From: Gemmatimonadota bacterium
Lineage (GTDB): Bacteria > Latescibacterota > UBA2968 > UBA8231
Assembly: GCA_038153405.1 (NCBI GenBank)
Contig: JAYOYH010000018.1
Coordinates: forward strand, 1 to 45,969
Length of the DNA stretch: 45,969 nucleotides
Direction of reading: 5' to 3'
The translations under genes and the position numbers were made by a program. Positions 28,289 through 36,822 of the stretch are shown one piece after another. Positions within the stretch are counted from its first letter, which is position 1; each line of letters starts with the position of its first letter. The notes under the pieces are model-generated. The model did not search any database. It had not been told where the DNA came from and saw only the letters and a program-made list of their open reading frames with translations.

Positions 28289-29770
28289 CTAGAGAATTTG
28301 TTGGTCTATGTTCATCGGAACGATGTCGTGAATCTTGCTATCCATCAGCGCTGAAGGCGACTGCATTTCGAGCACGGCATTGGCGTGCAGTTGGTCAACG
28401 GTGCGGCAGCCGGCTGTAGCTAGGGTGGCGCGCAGCATCTGGATGACCGTGGGCAATTTGTCGAAGATGGAGCCGACGTGAGGGACGTAGCCCGAGATCC
28501 CCTCTTCAAAGAAGTTTTCTTTGGTCTGCGCATATCGGCGCATATTGTGAGCGCGCATGCTGCCTTCCATCCAGTACTCTTTGACGATCTCACCTGCTGC
28601 ATTGCGCATAAGGCTGCCTTGGCTCTCGGTGTAGCGAGCAAAAAAGTTGCCCATCATAATGGTGTCTGCTCCTAGCGCTAGGGCAATGGACATCTCGGCT
28701 GGGCCAGAGATGCCGCCGTCTGCCACCAGGGGGATATACGCGCCAACGTCGGCTTGCCACTGATCGCGCGCGGCGCCGACTTCCATCAGCGTGGTGCCCT
28801 GTCCGCGCCCCGTCGCCTTCACTTCCTGGGTCGTGCAGCCCGATCCGATGCCCATACCCACTTTGACGGCATCTGCTCCGGCTTCCACGAGAAAGCGAAA
28901 GCCCTCAGCTGTTACGATATTGCCGCCAATGACCGGAGTATCGCCCTGCTTTTTGACGTATTTGATCATTTCGCGCTGGTATTCCGTGTGGCCGTCTGAG
29001 GCGTCGATTACCAGCACGTCTACATCGTGTTCGATTAGCGCTTGCACGCGTTCGCGGTCTTCCGGGTGCGTGGAGATGGCCGCACCGACCAGCAGGCGCT
29101 TCAAGTCGTCAATCGATTCGTTGGGATGGCGCAGGTGCTTGTCGAGGTCTTTCTTGAACACGACGGTCTGCAAAATGCCTTCTTTGGACAGGATGGGCAG
29201 AAAACCGCGCCCGTAGCGGATCATGAGGTCGTTGGCCGCGCGCAGTTCGGTAACTTCGGTGCCGTACTGCACGTCCGTTTTCATGCGTTCGCCAACTGTG
29301 CATTCTAGGTCGCGGCGCTCGTCGAAGTCCTTGTCGGTCAGGATGCCGATTAGCTTGTCGTGAAACTCGCCGCTCTGCGTCACGGGGAAGGTGGTATAGC
29401 CGGTGTCGCGGATGATATGTGCCACTGCGGCAATGGGTTGGTCCGGAGACAGGGTGACGATATTGGTTTGGAATCCGGCTTTAAAGCGCTTTACCTGACC
29501 GACCTTTGCGCACTGTTCATCGGTAGGCTGGCTAACGGGCAGGATGCCAATCCCGCCTAACTGCGCCAGTGCAATGGCCATTTCCACCCCGGTTACCGCC
29601 TGCATCGCAGCGCTGAGAAAGGGCGTATTAATGCGAATAAAGTCGCTGCCTTTGCGGCACAGGCGCGTCTTGAGATCAACGTTGGGCGCATTGCCATCGG
29701 TCGGCGTATAACCAGGTAGAATGCGAAATTCTTTTAGACTGTGCGAAGGGTTTTGCAGGACCTTGGCCAT
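28289..29770 (-). CDS. guaB: IMP dehydrogenase with CBS pair
   Basis: SAAMQAVT, LAQLGGIG, CBS region, IDASDG, GGNIVT, KVGMGIGSGCTT, ADGGI, MMGNFFA, YWMEGS, RY, EEG. Confidence 0.88.
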   Translation of the reverse strand: MAKVLQNPSHSLKEFRILPGYTPTDGNAPNVDLKTRLCRKGSDFIRINTPFLSAAMQAVTGVEMAIALAQLGGIGILPVSQPTDEQCAKVGQVKRFKAGFQTNIVTLSPDQPIAAVAHIIRDTGYTTFPVTQSGEFHDKLIGILTDKDFDERRDLECTVGERMKTDVQYGTEVTELRAANDLMIRYGRGFLPILSKEGILQTVVFKKDLDKHLRHPNESIDDLKRLLVGAAISTHPEDRERVQALIEHDVDVLVIDASDGHTEYQREMIKYVKKQGDTPVIGGNIVTAEGFRFLVEAGADAVKVGMGIGSGCTTQEVKATGRGQGTTLMEVGAARDQWQADVGAYIPLVADGGISGPAEMSIALALGADTIMMGNFFARYTESQGSLMRNAAGEIVKEYWMEGSMRAHNMRRYAQTKENFFEEGISGYVPHVGSIFDKLPTVIQMLRATLATAGCRTVDQLHANAVLEMQSPSALMDSKIHDIVPMNIDQQIL

Positions 29771-29830
29771 GGGCGTCTTCTCCGCGAGGTGGAGATGATA
29801 GAGAGGAAGGCTGGAAGTGTCAGAGGTGAA

Positions 29831-29859
29831 AAAATAGGGCCTGGCTTTGTTTTATTCAA
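29831..29859 (-). promoter_or_regulatory. Sigma70-like promoter for the guaB-headed run
   Basis: Minus strand TTGAAT-17 bp-TATTTT. Confidence 0.5.
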
Positions 29860-29937
29860 TAGAACGCCCTGGCCCTTTTTGTCCGCAGCGCGTTTCGTAT
29901 ATTTAAGTCAGTGACCACTGCGATGAAAGGATTAATC

Positions 29938-30186
29938 ATGGGTTATAATAGGTTCTATCCGCAACAGGGGGAATCTAGCGGCGCGGGCACCTTTTTGGCC
30001 GGCTTGGGGCTCGGCGTGCTGATTGGCGTGGCGATGGGCGTGCTCACGGCACCGCACCGCGGCGACGTGACGCGGCGCAAGGTTGCGCGCCAGGCAGGTG
30101 CAGCGCGCGACCAGGTAGTCGAAGCGGTAGAAGACTTTGTCGAGCGGCGCGCCGAAGAAGAAGAGCGCGACAACGGCGAAGTATAG
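29938..30186 (+). CDS. YtxH domain small membrane protein
   Basis: FLAGLGLGVLIGVAMGVLTAPHRGDVTRRK; AAGGA RBS before ATG 29938. Confidence 0.8.
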   Translation: MGYNRFYPQQGESSGAGTFLAGLGLGVLIGVAMGVLTAPHRGDVTRRKVARQAGAARDQVVEAVEDFVERRAEEEERDNGEV

Positions 30187-30194
30187 GTCGATTG

Positions 30195-31991
30195 CTATTC
30201 TTCGGCGGGTTGGCCGCTGTAGTTGAGTTGGTGCAGCCGCGCGTAGATGCCGCCCTGCTGGATTAACTCCTCGTGCTTGCCGCGCTCGCGTACCTCGCCG
30301 TGGTGCAGCACGAGGATTTGGTCGGCGCGGCGAATGGTCGACAGGCGGTGGGCGATGACGATGGACGTGCGGTCGTGCATGAGCTTGGCGATGGCGTCCT
30401 GAATGAGCTGCTCGGTCTCGGTGTCGATCGAAGACGTCGCCTCGTCGAGAACGAGCACTTCCGGATCGAACGCCAGCGCGCGAGCAAAAGAGAGCAGCTG
30501 GCGCTGGCCTGACGAGAGCGTGGAGCCGCGCTCGGCTACCACTTGGTCATAGCCGTTGGGCAGCTGATTGATAAAGCGGTCGGCGTTGACAAAGCGCGCG
30601 GCCTGCTCCACGCGCTGCTGGTCGATGCGTTCGTCTCCGAGGCGGATATTATCGCGCACGTTGCCAGAAAACAGGAACACGTCCTGCTGAACGATGCTGA
30701 TGCGCTCGCGCAGCTCTTCGGCATTCCACTGGCTGATTTCCAGGCCATCGACAAATATTTCGCCGCGCTGAATTGGGTAGAAGCGACAAAGCAGGTTGAC
30801 GATGGTCGTTTTGCCCGACCCCGTAGCGCCGACCAGGGCCAAGCTCTGGCCCGCGCCAATGGTAAAGGACACATCCTTTAAGATCCAATCCTCGGCATGT
30901 TCGTCGTATTTGAAATAAACATTTTTAAACTCAATGGTGCCGCCGCGCCGCTGGTGGACCGCATTGCGGCGCGGACCCCCTTCGCTTTCGGTCGGCGTTT
31001 CCATCAGCTCAAAGATGCGTTCGGAAGAGGCCATGGCGCTCTGCAGCAGGGCGTAGCGGTCGCTGATGTCCATAATGGGTCGAAAAAAGCGGCGAATGTA
31101 CTGCAGGAAGGCGACTAGGACGCCAAAAGCCACGCGTTCGGACAGGACGGCCGAAGAGCCAAACCAAATGACGGTGGCCATGCCCAGCGTGCCGACCAGT
31201 TCGGTAAAGGGAAAAAAGATGGCGTAGTAAAAAATCTCGCGCTCCTCGGCGCGGCGGTAGGGCAAGTGTTCGCGGTCGAAGTCGCGCAGGTTGCGCCCTT
31301 CGCGGCTGAACAGCTGCACCACTTCCATGCCGGTGATGTTTTCCTGCAAATAAGCATTCAGGCGCGCCAGCCGCACGCGGAGCTCGCGGTAGGCGACCAT
31401 GGCTTGGTTTTGCAGGTAGAACGTAGAAACGGCCAGCACCGGCACGACGAGGCAGCAGACGAGGGTAAGCTGGGGGTCGAGGTAGATCATAAAGGCGAGG
31501 ATGGCCACCAGGGAAAACAAATCCATAAAGACCGATACGATGCCCTCGCTGAAGAACTCGTTAAGTGCTTCGATATCATTGGTCGTGCGCGTCATAATGC
31601 GGCCCAGCGGCGTGCGGTCGTAATACTTCAGTGGCAGTTTCTGCAGATGGGCAAAGATGTCGCGGCGCATGTCGAGCATGACGTGCTGCCCCATAATCTC
31701 GGTCACTAGCGTTTGTGCGTATTGCGATACATACTGCACGGCAATGCTGGCAAAAAACAGGGCGATAATCCACCGGAGTCCGGCGTAGTCGCCTTGGGTG
31801 ATGTAGTCATCTACGGCAATCTGCGTGAGCCACGGCCCGACTTGGCTGGAAAAGGCCGAAAAGGCAATGGTCAAAAAAGCGAGGACGACGCGGCGCTTGT
31901 GCGGGCGCAAATAGGTCAGCAATTTGCCCAGCAGGCGAGGATTAAATGGGCGGTGCTGTATTTCTTCCTCTTTATTGAGCAATTCGCTCAC
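30195..31991 (-). CDS. ABC exporter half-transporter (MdlB/YheH-like)
   Basis: TMD plus NBD; GATGSGKTT, LSSGQRQ, LDEATS, IAHRLST. Confidence 0.92.
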   Translation of the reverse strand: MSELLNKEEEIQHRPFNPRLLGKLLTYLRPHKRRVVLAFLTIAFSAFSSQVGPWLTQIAVDDYITQGDYAGLRWIIALFFASIAVQYVSQYAQTLVTEIMGQHVMLDMRRDIFAHLQKLPLKYYDRTPLGRIMTRTTNDIEALNEFFSEGIVSVFMDLFSLVAILAFMIYLDPQLTLVCCLVVPVLAVSTFYLQNQAMVAYRELRVRLARLNAYLQENITGMEVVQLFSREGRNLRDFDREHLPYRRAEEREIFYYAIFFPFTELVGTLGMATVIWFGSSAVLSERVAFGVLVAFLQYIRRFFRPIMDISDRYALLQSAMASSERIFELMETPTESEGGPRRNAVHQRRGGTIEFKNVYFKYDEHAEDWILKDVSFTIGAGQSLALVGATGSGKTTIVNLLCRFYPIQRGEIFVDGLEISQWNAEELRERISIVQQDVFLFSGNVRDNIRLGDERIDQQRVEQAARFVNADRFINQLPNGYDQVVAERGSTLSSGQRQLLSFARALAFDPEVLVLDEATSSIDTETEQLIQDAIAKLMHDRTSIVIAHRLSTIRRADQILVLHHGEVRERGKHEELIQQGGIYARLHQLNYSGQPAEE

Positions 31992-33736
31992 AGCGTCTCC
32001 AATTCGGCGGCCAGCTGCTGGCGGGCGTGCAAGTCGGCGTAGAAGCCGCCGTGCTTTAGTAGCTGTTGGTGCGTGCCCTGTTCGGCGATGCGGCCCTCGT
32101 CGAGGACGATGATGTGATCGCAGTCGCGCAGGGTCGATATGCGGTGGGCGATGATCAGCGTGGTGCGCCCCTTCATCAGTTCGCGCAAATGGCCGAGGAC
32201 GGCTTCTTCCGTATGCGTGTCGACGGCCGAGAGCGCGTCGTCCAGAATGAGAATCTGCGGCATGCGCAGCAGCGCGCGCGCCAGCGTCGAGCGCTGTTTT
32301 TGTCCGCCGGAAAGCGTCACACCGCGTTCGCCGATCATCGTTTCAAAGCCGTCGTCAAACTCGATGACGTCCTTGCGCAGCTGTGCCCATTCCGCCGCCT
32401 GACTGACTTCCTCTTCCGAGGCAGAGCTGACGCCATAGGCGATATTGGCAGCGATGGTATTGGAAAATAGAAACGGGTTTTGCGACACGTAGCCGATGGC
32501 GCTGCGCAGCTGGGCAAGGGGCCATTTTTCCAATGGAATACCGTCGATAAAGAGCTGGTTGGGCGCGGCCTGTATCAGGCGCGGTATTAGGCGAGCGAGC
32601 GTGGTTTTGCCGGAGCCGACGCGCCCCATGATGCCGACGGTAGTGCCGGCCGCAATGGAGAGGTTGATATCGCGCAGCACAGGTGCGCTATCGCCGTAGG
32701 CAAAGGTCAGCGAGCGAAATTCGATTTCGCCGCGAACGGGCTGTTCGACGGGCGCGACATCGACGTCGCGGATGTTCGGTTCGACGTCCATAACCTCGTT
32801 GATGCGGCGCATGGCCACTAGGGCGCGCTGAAAGCGATCGATCACCCAGGCCGAGTACATGATGGGTCGAATGAGCTGGGTGAGATAGGCGTTAAAGGCT
32901 ACGAAGGCACCGAGCGAAAAATCCCCTTCGATGACTGCTTTGCCGCCGAGCCAGAGGTTGATACCCAGGCATACAGAAGCGATTAGATGAGTGAGTGGTC
33001 GATACGATGCGCGCGTTAGAATGAGTTGGCGATTCTTCTCCAGATACTCGTCGTTGAGTTGGCCAAATGCACCGTTTTGTGCAGGGCCCTGCACATAGGC
33101 CTTGATAACCCGCGTGCCGGCGAGGTTTTCCTGTATGAAGTTGCTCATCTCACCAAAGAAGTCTTGGATGGCGCGGAAGCGGTTGTGTACCAGCGTCGCC
33201 ATGCGCGTGAGCAAAATCACGAAAATGGGCACGGGTGCTAAAATGATTAAGGCCAACTGCCAGTCGATTACGCACATCCAGGCAATACTGAAGAGAAAGA
33301 TGAGCCCGGATTCCACAATGCCGCGCACGCCGTAGGTGAAGAAAATGCGGACCGAATTGAGGTCGTTGGTGGCGCGCGACATCAAGTCGCCCGTATGCTG
33401 TGTCTGATAGTATGAGAGGGGTTGCTTGAGCAGGTGGGCGAAGTAGGCCGTGCGGATATCGTACTCGATGCGCGCCGATATGCGTCCGAGCAGAATGCGC
33501 ATGACATAGCTGCACAAGGCGACCAACAGGGCCAGGCCGACTATGATGAGCACGTCGGTCTGAATGTCTGCAAAGCGCAGCTGGCGGGTTACGTTCTCCA
33601 ACTGCAGCGTGTCGATGGCCTCTTTGACGAGCATGGGTATGTAGTTGCTCGCGGCTTGGGCGATGCCGATGGCCAGAACGCCGAGTAACAGGCGAACCCT
33701 ATAGGGACGGACGTATGGCGAGTAGGGACCGAACAT
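31988..33736 (-). CDS. ABC exporter half-transporter (MdlA/YheI-like)
   Basis: TGDLMSRATND, GRVGSGKTT, LSGGQKQR, degenerate Walker B LDDALSAVD; 4-bp overlap with partner. Confidence 0.92.
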   Translation of the reverse strand: MFGPYSPYVRPYRVRLLLGVLAIGIAQAASNYIPMLVKEAIDTLQLENVTRQLRFADIQTDVLIIVGLALLVALCSYVMRILLGRISARIEYDIRTAYFAHLLKQPLSYYQTQHTGDLMSRATNDLNSVRIFFTYGVRGIVESGLIFLFSIAWMCVIDWQLALIILAPVPIFVILLTRMATLVHNRFRAIQDFFGEMSNFIQENLAGTRVIKAYVQGPAQNGAFGQLNDEYLEKNRQLILTRASYRPLTHLIASVCLGINLWLGGKAVIEGDFSLGAFVAFNAYLTQLIRPIMYSAWVIDRFQRALVAMRRINEVMDVEPNIRDVDVAPVEQPVRGEIEFRSLTFAYGDSAPVLRDINLSIAAGTTVGIMGRVGSGKTTLARLIPRLIQAAPNQLFIDGIPLEKWPLAQLRSAIGYVSQNPFLFSNTIAANIAYGVSSASEEEVSQAAEWAQLRKDVIEFDDGFETMIGERGVTLSGGQKQRSTLARALLRMPQILILDDALSAVDTHTEEAVLGHLRELMKGRTTLIIAHRISTLRDCDHIIVLDEGRIAEQGTHQQLLKHGGFYADLHARQQLAAELETL

Positions 33737-33791
33737 GGAACAGGGCGCTTAAGTCATGATTGCGCGCTGCGCGCGTCGAAGAAGTGCACGT

Positions 33792-34610
33792 TTAAAATTG
33801 GCCCATATCTTTATCGGAGCGATGCTCGCGCCAGTCTTTAAACTCGCCAAAGAACTTCAGCAGGTCGCCGCGAATGCCGGTAAATAGGGCCGCGCCCTTT
33901 TCCGCGCTGGCCTTTTCCGGATGGTTGGCCGCACCGGTTGGAAGAAAGGCGGTAAAGGGTGTCGATAGACCAATTACGTGCTTGGAGAGATCGACGTCGT
34001 AGTAGTCGGTCTTGAAGTCGGTGGGAATGGCCTTGGCTTTTTCGGGCTGGCATAGCTGCGGAAAGACGTGCAGGCCGAGGGAGTATTCCCATTCGTCGGC
34101 ATGCGTCAGCATGGGGCTTTCAAAGCGCACGCCGTCGAGTCCTTCCTTGTGGCCCTTTTCGATGCTCGGCGCGCCGAGGTGCCAGTAGCTGGCAAAGCCG
34201 ATCCAGGTGTCGGGGCGCTCGTAGCCGCGGCTGTATAGCTCGACCAGTGCCTGATTGGCGGGCACCTGGTTACCGCCATGGCCGTTGAGCATAAAGATCT
34301 TGCGAAAGCCGTGCTTGAGCAGCGTTTCGAGCGTGCGCACCAACCAGCGGGTATAGAGCTCTGGGTTGGCGGTGACGGTGCCGGCAAAGTTGAGGTGGTG
34401 ATCCGACATGCCCATCCACTGCGTGGGCAGGAGCAGCACGTCGTCTCCCATGGCGTCCTCTACCGATTCGGCAAAGGCCGTCACCAGCAGAGTATCGGTT
34501 AGCAGAGGCATGTGCGGGCCGTGCTGTTCGCAGGAGCCCAGCGGCAGGAGAATAATTTTGTCTTTATCTATATCCCTGACGTCGGGCCAGGCGAGGTGTC
34601 CATAGCGCAT
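33792..34610 (-). CDS. Creatininase family amidohydrolase
   Basis: LPLGSCEQHGPHMPLLTD, GMSDHH..FAGT, LNGHGGN, HADEWE, KASAEKG; ATG 34610. Confidence 0.9.
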   Translation of the reverse strand: MRYGHLAWPDVRDIDKDKIILLPLGSCEQHGPHMPLLTDTLLVTAFAESVEDAMGDDVLLLPTQWMGMSDHHLNFAGTVTANPELYTRWLVRTLETLLKHGFRKIFMLNGHGGNQVPANQALVELYSRGYERPDTWIGFASYWHLGAPSIEKGHKEGLDGVRFESPMLTHADEWEYSLGLHVFPQLCQPEKAKAIPTDFKTDYYDVDLSKHVIGLSTPFTAFLPTGAANHPEKASAEKGAALFTGIRGDLLKFFGEFKDWREHRSDKDMGQF

Positions 34611-34694
34611 TGAACTATCCAAGTGGTATGTGGTGGGAAATGCGCTGGGAAATATAGGGGTCGAGCTCTGGCCCAACAAGGAGGTGGGCGATAT

Positions 34695-35297
34695 TCAGGA
34701 GGCGATTTCTGGAAAGGTCTGTCGCAGCAGTGGCGCTATGGCCGCCATAGCGCGTGCGCGGTGGCTGATGTTGTTTTTTACACGGGCATCCAATTCGGCC
34801 ATCGTGCAGCCGTGCTCGGGTACGAAGAATACCGGATCGTAGCCGAATCCATGGTCGCCGGACGCCGCGTGTGCGATGTGGCCTTCGCACGTGCCCTCGG
34901 CGCGGCAGATGCGACCGTCGGGCGCGACGACGACGATGGTGCAGCAGAAGCGCGCACCGCGCTGCTCGACAGAGGAAAAGGCTTGCATGTGGTCGAGGAG
35001 CAGGCGGTAGCGCCCCGCGTCATCCAGCCCGGGACCGCCGTAGCGGGCCGAAAATACGCCGGGAGCACCGTTGAGCGCATCGACTGCCAGGCCACTGTCG
35101 TCGGCTAAGGCGATAAGGCCGGTCGCTTCGGCAAACGCGCGCGCCTTGAGCTCGGCATTGGCCGCGAAGGTGGTTCCCGTCTCCTCGACTTCTAGCTGCA
35201 GCCCTAGGTCGCTCGGCGACACCACTTCAGACGGTCGCAGCAGGGCGCGCATCTCGCGTATTTTCCCCGCGTTATTGCTGGCGACTACGAGTTGCAT
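34695..35297 (-). CDS. rdgB: Non-canonical purine NTP pyrophosphatase (RdgB/HAM1)
   Basis: ASNNAGKIRE, EETGTTFAANAELKA, ADDSGL, PGVFSARY, GFGYDPVF, KNNISHRARA. Confidence 0.95.
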   Translation of the reverse strand: MQLVVASNNAGKIREMRALLRPSEVVSPSDLGLQLEVEETGTTFAANAELKARAFAEATGLIALADDSGLAVDALNGAPGVFSARYGGPGLDDAGRYRLLLDHMQAFSSVEQRGARFCCTIVVVAPDGRICRAEGTCEGHIAHAASGDHGFGYDPVFFVPEHGCTMAELDARVKNNISHRARAMAAIAPLLRQTFPEIAS

Positions 35298-35300
35298 ACG

Positions 35301-36374
35301 CTATTGTCGCTGGTTGGCGCGATCGATTTCTTCAATCTGGTGGGTAGCGTAGTCTTTGAATCGACTGTCCTGCTGCGCTTGGGCGTAGTAGGTGCGCGCC
35401 TCGCGCATCTCGCCCAGCTTGAAATGCGCATCGCCGAGCAGGTTCTGCGCCGACGCTAGGTTTTTATCGCGGCGAATGGCGGCCTGTCCCGCCTCAATGG
35501 CGTTGCGATACGATCCCATTCCGTAGTGCGCTTCGCCAAGGCGAAAGTGGGTTTCGGCATTTTTGCCGTCCAGTTCGGTGGCGCGCTGCAGCGGTTCGAC
35601 CGCCTCGTGCTGGCGTCCGAGCTGGTTGAGTGCCGTGCCGAGGTATAAATAGCCTTCGGCGTATCGGTCATCGGTCTTTAATGCGGTCTGCATCAGAGTG
35701 ACGATGCCCTCTAAATCCTGCGTGGCGAATTTTACGCGCGCCAGCCCGCCGTAGGCCTCCATGTATTTGCCGTCGGCATCGATAGCCCTTTGGTAGGTGG
35801 CGGCGGCCGGGCCGTAATCGCGCCGCCGGCGCTGGATGTCGGCCAGTGCGTAATGGGCCTTGGCGTACTGTGGATCGGCCTCTATCGCCTTGGCGAAGGC
35901 ATCCTGGGCCCGCTGGTCGTCGCGCAGGCCGTTGTGCGACAAGCCCAGCGCATAGTGCGTTTGCGCATTGTTGGCGTCGAACGGCAGCGCCTTGCCAAAC
36001 AACTGGATGGCCTCTTTATACTTGCGCTGTTGGAGGCTGGAGGCGGCCGACTTGAAGTATAATTTGCCGAGCGCTTCGGCGCATTTATCCGGTCGTATGC
36101 CGAGTTCGCGCGCCTTTTCATAGGCGCCGATGGCCTTGTCGTATTCGTTGAGAACGCTGTAGGATTGGGCCAGTAGGTAATGCGCTTGGCCGTAGTTGGG
36201 ATCGGCTGTGATGGCCTGCTCAAATTCGATGGCCGCATTGCGATAGTTGCGCTTTTTCAGCAGTTCGTAGCCCGTGCGGTAGTGGTCTTCAGCCCCTTCA
36301 TTCTCATTGGATTGGGCGCTGGCACCTAGCGAAAAGGCCAAGAGCGCACATAGGCAAAGGGAAAAGCATTTCAT
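35301..36374 (-). CDS. Secreted tetratricopeptide-repeat protein
   Basis: Signal peptide (LALLAFSLGASAQ-type) followed by about 9 TPR units (AHYLLA, THYALG, AHYALA, GYLYLG, THFRLG). Confidence 0.88.
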   Translation of the reverse strand: MKCFSLCLCALLAFSLGASAQSNENEGAEDHYRTGYELLKKRNYRNAAIEFEQAITADPNYGQAHYLLAQSYSVLNEYDKAIGAYEKARELGIRPDKCAEALGKLYFKSAASSLQQRKYKEAIQLFGKALPFDANNAQTHYALGLSHNGLRDDQRAQDAFAKAIEADPQYAKAHYALADIQRRRRDYGPAAATYQRAIDADGKYMEAYGGLARVKFATQDLEGIVTLMQTALKTDDRYAEGYLYLGTALNQLGRQHEAVEPLQRATELDGKNAETHFRLGEAHYGMGSYRNAIEAGQAAIRRDKNLASAQNLLGDAHFKLGEMREARTYYAQAQQDSRFKDYATHQIEEIDRANQRQ

Positions 36375-36477
36375 TTGGGCATTCTCCTATGGGAGAAGGG
36401 ACAATAGACATCGATCGCACGCGGGGGGGTGACATGCCCCGGGTTTGGGACGCCCGTACAGCATCGGTTGCGCCGGT

Positions 36478-36708
36478 CTAACGGGCGTCGATCGCAGCTT
36501 TTATTTCAGCGAAATCGGGGTAGCGCCCCTCGTTGAGCTTAGAATAGATCAACGCGCCGTCCAATTCGATTTCAAAGCGCCCCCCGTCGGAGGGAACCAA
36601 GGTGAATTCGGCAATGTCTTTTTTGTATTCTTTGAGTATGAGTTCCGCCAAACTGACGGCTTTGGGCTCATATCCTCAAGCAGAGCAGTAGGCCAGGCGC
36701 AGTTTCAT
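36478..36708 (-). CDS. SelW/SelT/SelH (Rdx family) selenoprotein, 76 aa, CxxU motif; not in the ORF track
   Basis: Manual translation MKLRLAYCSAUGYEPKAVSLAELILKEYKKDIAEFTLVPSDGGRFEIELDGALIYSKLNEGRYPDFAEIKAAIDAR*; TGA at 36676-36678; Rdx hallmarks YCxxU, GGRFEI, LIYSK..GRYP; GAGGAG RBS 8 nt upstream. Confidence 0.92.
36637..36672 (-). promoter_or_regulatory. Candidate bacterial SECIS element
   Basis: After UGA: lower stem UAUGAG/CUCAUA, upper stem CCGUCA/UGGCGG, apical loop GUU starting 22 nt after the UGA. Confidence 0.65.
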
Positions 36709-36769
36709 AATGCGTGCTCCTCGTGTCGACAAACGGGGTAAATGATACGGGCAAAGCTCAGTATGGGAG

Positions 36770-36798
36770 ATTATAAAAGCGACTTGAACTATTGTCAA
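36770..36798 (-). promoter_or_regulatory. Consensus sigma70 promoter upstream of the selenoprotein gene
   Basis: Minus strand TTGACA-atagttcaagtcgcttt (17 bp)-TATAAT. Confidence 0.88.
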
Positions 36799-36822
36799 AA
36801 AAGAAGGATACGCGTTTGGTCG

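Noticed and set aside
31988..33736. Walker B LDD instead of LDE as a sign of inactivation
   Set aside because: Normal degenerate site of MdlAB/YheIH-type heterodimeric exporters
36676..36678. In-frame TGA read as a nonsense mutation (pseudogene) or genome-wide TGA recoding
   Set aside because: It sits exactly at the CxxU position with a downstream hairpin and intact expression signals; many other genes here end in TGA, so it is not a general code change
36445..36741. 98-aa plus-strand ORF in the ORF track
   Set aside because: Antisense shadow of the selenoprotein gene; no recognisable motifs, while the RBS, promoter and family motifs are all on the minus strand
36742..36822. N-terminal extension of the 1005-aa ORF
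   Set aside because: AT-rich, overlaps the divergent consensus promoter and lies before the signal-like segment
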